Assembly: GCA_048940645.1 (NCBI GenBank)
Contig: JBHLOI010000022.1
Span: 1-51,530 of the forward strand
Direction: 5' to 3'
DNA: 51,530 nt
Origin: Promethearchaeota archaeon
GTDB lineage: Archaea > Asgardarchaeota > Lokiarchaeia > Sigyniarchaeales > SOKP01
The notes under the pieces are model-generated. The model saw only the letters and a list, made by a program, of their open reading frames with translations. It was not told the DNA's origin and ran no database searches. The first letter of the stretch is position 1; every line of letters starts with the position of its first letter. Below are positions 47,765 through 51,530 of the stretch, in pieces. The position numbers were made by a program, and so were the translations under genes.

Positions 47765-48889
47765 ATGGACATTAGTAATCTTAAGATAGGAAGAGAGGGA
47801 ACATTTGTGCCCCCATTTAAAAGTAATATCAACACAGTCAAAAGCTATGAAAATGATGGATATGATTCCATATTTTTTGCCGATCATATCTTAAATTGGA
47901 TATCGGAATCTATATGGACTCCAGATATTACAGATCTTGCTACAGTTTATCCCAGTCCCCATCTATTATATGATGTTTTTGCTATGATGACTGTTGCTGC
48001 CTTGAACACAAAAAAGATTTACCTTGGAACAGGAGTGACTGAAACTTTTAGAAGGAATCCCGCGGTACTTGCGCAAACTTTTCTGACTTTAGATGAATTA
48101 TCCAGAGGGAGGTCAATATTAGGGATAGGAGCGGGTGAAAAAGAAAATACCGTTCCCTACGGAATTAAATGGGAGAACCCTGTAAGTAGATTAGAAGAAG
48201 CCATTACAATCATTAAAAGATTATGGGAAAGTGATGCACCAATAAATTATAATGGAAATATTTGGAAATTAAAAAATGCCCTCCTCAGATTAAATCCTTT
48301 TAAAAAAGGAAAATTTCCCCCAATATGGATTGCCGCTCGTGGTAATAGAATGCTAGAAATAACTGGCAGATTAGGTGATGGTTGGTTACCTATATTTTTA
48401 AAACCAGAAGTTTATAAAGAAAAATTAAGGATTCTTCGAAAATACACACTGAAGGCAGGTAGAAATATGGATGAGATTACTCCCGCAGTTATTTTGGGAG
48501 TTATCACCGATGAGGAAAGGGAAGAAGTCGATAAAATGCTCAAAAATCCAATTACAAAAAATACTTTAATTACGTTATATCATGAAGATTTCAAGCCATA
48601 TGGATTATCACATCCTCTTGGAGAAAATATTGATGGAACTTTAGAATTTATTCCTACACATTACGATAAAGACTCATTGCTACAAATACTTGAAAAGATC
48701 CCTAATAAAATGTGTCATGATTTTTACTTAAATGGTAGTCCTGATGAAATTATTGGTCAAATTGAAAATTATAGCAAAGTTGGGGTAAAACATATAATTC
48801 TATTTAACGTTTCAATATTATGTGGTCTTAAATATATTCCACGTTCAAATAAATGTATGAAAAAAATAATTACATATTTCAAAAATTAG
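47765..48889 (+). CDS. LLM-class (probably F420-dependent) oxidoreductase, phthiodiolone-ketoreductase-like
   Basis: GYDSIFFADH, LGTGVTE..RRNPA, LGIGAGE.EN..PYG, PIWIAA, GDGWLP. Confidence 0.9.
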   Translation: MDISNLKIGREGTFVPPFKSNINTVKSYENDGYDSIFFADHILNWISESIWTPDITDLATVYPSPHLLYDVFAMMTVAALNTKKIYLGTGVTETFRRNPAVLAQTFLTLDELSRGRSILGIGAGEKENTVPYGIKWENPVSRLEEAITIIKRLWESDAPINYNGNIWKLKNALLRLNPFKKGKFPPIWIAARGNRMLEITGRLGDGWLPIFLKPEVYKEKLRILRKYTLKAGRNMDEITPAVILGVITDEEREEVDKMLKNPITKNTLITLYHEDFKPYGLSHPLGENIDGTLEFIPTHYDKDSLLQILEKIPNKMCHDFYLNGSPDEIIGQIENYSKVGVKHIILFNVSILCGLKYIPRSNKCMKKIITYFKN

Positions 48890-48934
48890 TGAATGAGGTG
48901 TTCTTTTCCTTTCCAAAATTATACTAAAATAGGA

Positions 48935-49177
48935 TTATGCATTTACTAAAAACCATAATATAATTACGATGAGAATTATCCCGGGAAATAAACCAAATAA
49001 AATAAATACTAAATTATAAGTTTTATTACCTCGCTCTTGTTTTATTCTTTTTACGTGATCAATAATTTCAATATTAATATTACTCGAACCGCAGTCGGGA
49101 CATTGACTTATTGATAAGTCATCTTTCATAAAAAGACTATGTTTACAGTCTTTACAATGTATTATCATTGAAAACAA
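48935..49177 (-). CDS. Small Zn-ribbon protein with C-terminal TM anchor
   Basis: CKDC...CPDCG, then LVFILFGLFPGIILIVIILWFLV. Confidence 0.7.
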   Translation of the reverse strand: MFSMIIHCKDCKHSLFMKDDLSISQCPDCGSSNINIEIIDHVKRIKQERGNKTYNLVFILFGLFPGIILIVIILWFLVNA

Positions 49178-49327
49178 ATTAAGTTTTTATAGTATTTATG
49201 ATTTTTCTAATTTTTGATCTTTTTACCTAAACATTTTGGTCAAAGTATAATAAGAAAAATTGAATGAGTTTAGTAAGTATGAGTACAGAAGATATGTATA
49301 AGCAATTTAAAAGAAAATTAATCAGCT

Positions 49328-49585
49328 TTAAAAAAGCTGAAATCTGAAATATAAATCTTTTATTTTATTAAGTAAATCTTCTTTGGAAATGAGTCTAAGG
49401 TCTTTCTTTCCAATTTGTTCGCTGAAATAATATTGAATTCTTTTTTTCCCTAAATCCATTACAATAAAATAGCGTGGTTTAATTAATTCTATATAAATTT
49501 TCTCATTATGGAATTCAATTTTAATATCCTCAAATGTATACCCCTTCTCTAGGAGTATTTTAAGACCATTTTCCATAGAAAACAT
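49328..49585 (-). CDS. Hypothetical protein
   Basis: 85-aa ORF with no recognised motif. Confidence 0.55.
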   Translation of the reverse strand: MFSMENGLKILLEKGYTFEDIKIEFHNEKIYIELIKPRYFIVMDLGKKRIQYYFSEQIGKKDLRLISKEDLLNKIKDLYFRFQLF

Positions 49586-49602
49586 AATTAATCTTTATTA
49601 AG

Positions 49603-49668
49603 TTAATAAGTTACATCTCGTCTCCAAGTTACATTGTAAAAAGTATCAGAGTGATGAGAATAATTCAT
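49603..49668 (-). CDS. Putative 21-aa small peptide
   Basis: AGGAGG 11 nt upstream of the ATG; MNYSHHSDTFYNVTWRRDVTY*; TATAAATA at 49758-49751. Confidence 0.35.
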   Translation of the reverse strand: MNYSHHSDTFYNVTWRRDVTY

Positions 49669-49819
49669 ACTAAATTACGCCTCCTTTTTATTAAATTGCA
49701 ATAGTTTTGTAAATTATTAGATAAATCATTACATGTTAATTCCTTAATAGTATTTATATTTTTCCGTATAATACGGCTACAAAGTCCGCTGTTACACACA
49801 CTATTACACACAAAAATGA

Positions 49820-50158
49820 TCTTCGTGCTCACAAATTAACGAGGCTCGAAATTTCTCCCTCACCCCAAAACGTATCACGATAAACCTTTTCTTCCAAGTC
49901 TCAAAATCCTCTATATATCCTGTATTTATATATGAAAATCATTAATACCATCACACCAACACCAAAACTCATCACGTTAAACATGCAATCAATAAATTTT
50001 TAATACCTCTATTTGAGAGCATACCTCATAGAAATGATATCAAAATGTGCATCATTTCTGAAACAGAATTTATCGATTATTTTTATTACCTCAAAGAACG
50101 ATTGCCCGTCAGCATCACAGAGTATATAACTCTAATGGACTATATCAATGGGATATAA
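49820..50158 (+). pseudogene. Decayed reading frame, possibly the N-terminal (core-binding/SAM-like) part of a tyrosine integrase
   Basis: One frame open from 49820 to 50158 except a single TAA at 49943; ...YHHTNTKTHHVKHAINKFL...IISETEFIDYFYYLKERLPVS... Confidence 0.35.
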
Positions 50159-50260
50159 TATTCAATCTTCCACTTTTTTAATGCTCCCTTGATAATAACA
50201 TCTTATTTTACTTAACTCTAACATTAAGTTTAGACTTCTTTCATCATATCGAATTCTCTG
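50141..50260 (+). repeat. 120-bp direct repeat, copy 2
   Basis: Ungapped alignment to 43319-43438, 103/120 identical. Confidence 0.92.
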
Positions 50261-50291
50261 TGTTTTAAAAAATAAAAAAATAGAAAAAGAT

Positions 50292-50900
50292 TTATTTCTC
50301 AGAAAATTTCAACGTTGTATGAACTCCAAAATATACCTTAGTAATCACGTCAAGAACTAAGTATATTAGGGCAGTCCAGAAAGAATTCAAAACCATAAAT
50401 GCCGCAGGAGATAATATCCAGACTAATGGAAATCCAGACCAAAATATAACTACGAAAACAAAGATAAATTTCTGTTCAGCACGATTTTTACCGATATGAT
50501 ATAGTACATATATATATGCCAGAGAGCTCAGTGTGAAAAAGAGCCATTTCACAGGAATTTCCGTAATGCTTGCAAATAATCCAGTAACCATAACTGTTGA
50601 ATTAAACACTATGATTTCCAGTGTTGTTTTAGTATCTATGCTCAGAATCTTTGAAATCTCAAACATCAAGAATGAACAACTCACCGCATAGAATGCCCAT
50701 CTTGTCCAGTATATTAAATCCCCACTTAATGCAGTGATTACACCTAATTCACTCACCATTAGAATATAAGAAGCAATTGTTATGAAATTCACAATCATAT
50801 TGAGTGAAGCTATTTCATGGTTCTTTTTCTTTAATATAAGGAACATCAATGAGGTAAAAGAAAATAACCCTATACCTATGTAAAAAATAATTTCCTCCAT
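50292..50900 (-). CDS. Schizorhodopsin (Asgard light-driven inward H+ pump family)
   Basis: 202 aa, 7 TM; helix C R67-W68-F70-S74-C75-E81 (FSE motif); WSGFP in helix F; D184 and Schiff-base K188 (DVITK). Confidence 0.93.
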   Translation of the reverse strand: MEEIIFYIGIGLFSFTSLMFLILKKKNHEIASLNMIVNFITIASYILMVSELGVITALSGDLIYWTRWAFYAVSCSFLMFEISKILSIDTKTTLEIIVFNSTVMVTGLFASITEIPVKWLFFTLSSLAYIYVLYHIGKNRAEQKFIFVFVVIFWSGFPLVWILSPAAFMVLNSFWTALIYLVLDVITKVYFGVHTTLKFSEK

Positions 50901-51201
50901 AATATGAACTAGCTAAATTTTATCGATATTTAAAATTGATCTCTTTATTTAATAAGGTAATGAAATTGAATTTCAATCAATTAAGCAACCTATTTTGAGG
51001 TATTTTAACCCTTTCATTACAAGTCTAATTACCTAAAAACTAATATTACATCACTTACTCTACCTAAATAAGCACCACTCAAATTATTAACCTCTAAATG
51101 CATCTTTATCGATAATTTTATATGTTAAAGTTGTATTTTTAATGATTATACTAAATTGCGAATGTGGTATAAAAATATCCATACATAGAAGGAGAAAATC
51201 G

Positions 51202-51530
51202 ATGAAATGTGAGATTTGTGGGATGGAAAATGCGAAGCTAAGAGTTAAAGACCTATATTACCATAAAAAATGTCTTCTTGAACATGGAGAAAAACGCGAA
51301 ATAAGCGAAATACGAGAGAGAGGAGAGTTTAAGGAAGTAGGTAAAAAGAGATACTGTAATAAATGCCAAGCAGAAATACAACCTATTAAGGAGTCAAAAA
51401 CATTAGCAAAGAGTTTTGTGAATTTTCTTAGTTCTATTCTTTTTTATGGACCCGTGTATATGTATCCAAGGAGATGCCCTAATTGTGGAAAGGTTCTACG
51501 AACTAAAGGGCAAATAATTTCGGGAATAAT
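51202..51530 (+). CDS. Double Zn-finger protein with a LITAF-like CxxC-hydrophobic-CxxC module; runs off the window
   Basis: Not in the ORF track. AAGGAG ribosome-binding site; MKCEICG...YHKKC...YCNKC...FVNFLSSILFYGPVYMYPRRCPNCGKVL. Confidence 0.75.
   Translation, partial: MKCEICGMENAKLRVKDLYYHKKCLLEHGEKREISEIRERGEFKEVGKKRYCNKCQAEIQPIKESKTLAKSFVNFLSSILFYGPVYMYPRRCPNCGKVLRTKGQIISGI

Noticed and set aside
889-47887. Short ORF-track entries overlapping longer genes (e.g. 889-1083, 5260-5517, 17411-17755, 21391-21798, 41388-41732, 45225-45869)
   Set aside because: Antisense or off-frame shadows of well-supported genes, with no motifs of their own
16371-50260. Diversity-generating retroelement template/variable repeats (the SBP repeat pair or the 120-bp pair)
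   Set aside because: Mismatches are not restricted to adenines in either copy, and there is no reverse transcriptase in the window
50916-51117. Short palindromes and repeated TTTATCGATA upstream of the rhodopsin
   Set aside because: Mostly A/T with arms of 7 bp or less; cannot be separated from background without statistics

Overview
AT-rich (~30% GC) archaeal chromosomal segment, most consistent with an Asgard archaeon (Lokiarchaeia-like). This is inferred from a schizorhodopsin, a uDENN/longin-like protein, a cytoplasmic LRR-TIR protein, membrane-anchored family-5 substrate-binding proteins (SBPs) and TATA/BRE promoters. The left two-thirds is mostly heterotrophic and catabolic: orphan double-FAD HdrA, MFS, sulfatase, Ser/Thr dehydratase, CocE, AlaX, GH2 beta-mannosidase, M24 peptidase, an enolase-superfamily enzyme, an ABC exporter, a catalytically dead HMG-CoA-synthase-like/DUF35 fusion with its thiolase, and a 2165-aa triple-SBP surface protein. 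The right third is accessory. It holds an LRR-(inactive Swt1/HEPN)-TIR protein converging on a promoter-flanked 88-nt hairpin, and an MscL whose cytoplasmic helix appears moved to the N-terminus. It also holds a ~6.7-kb segment bracketed by 120-bp direct repeats (with a high-GC SDR and a possible integrase relic), an intact schizorhodopsin, and small Zn-finger membrane proteins. No rRNA, intact tRNA, CRISPR array or intact transposase was seen. All family calls come from motif recognition by eye, not from database searches.
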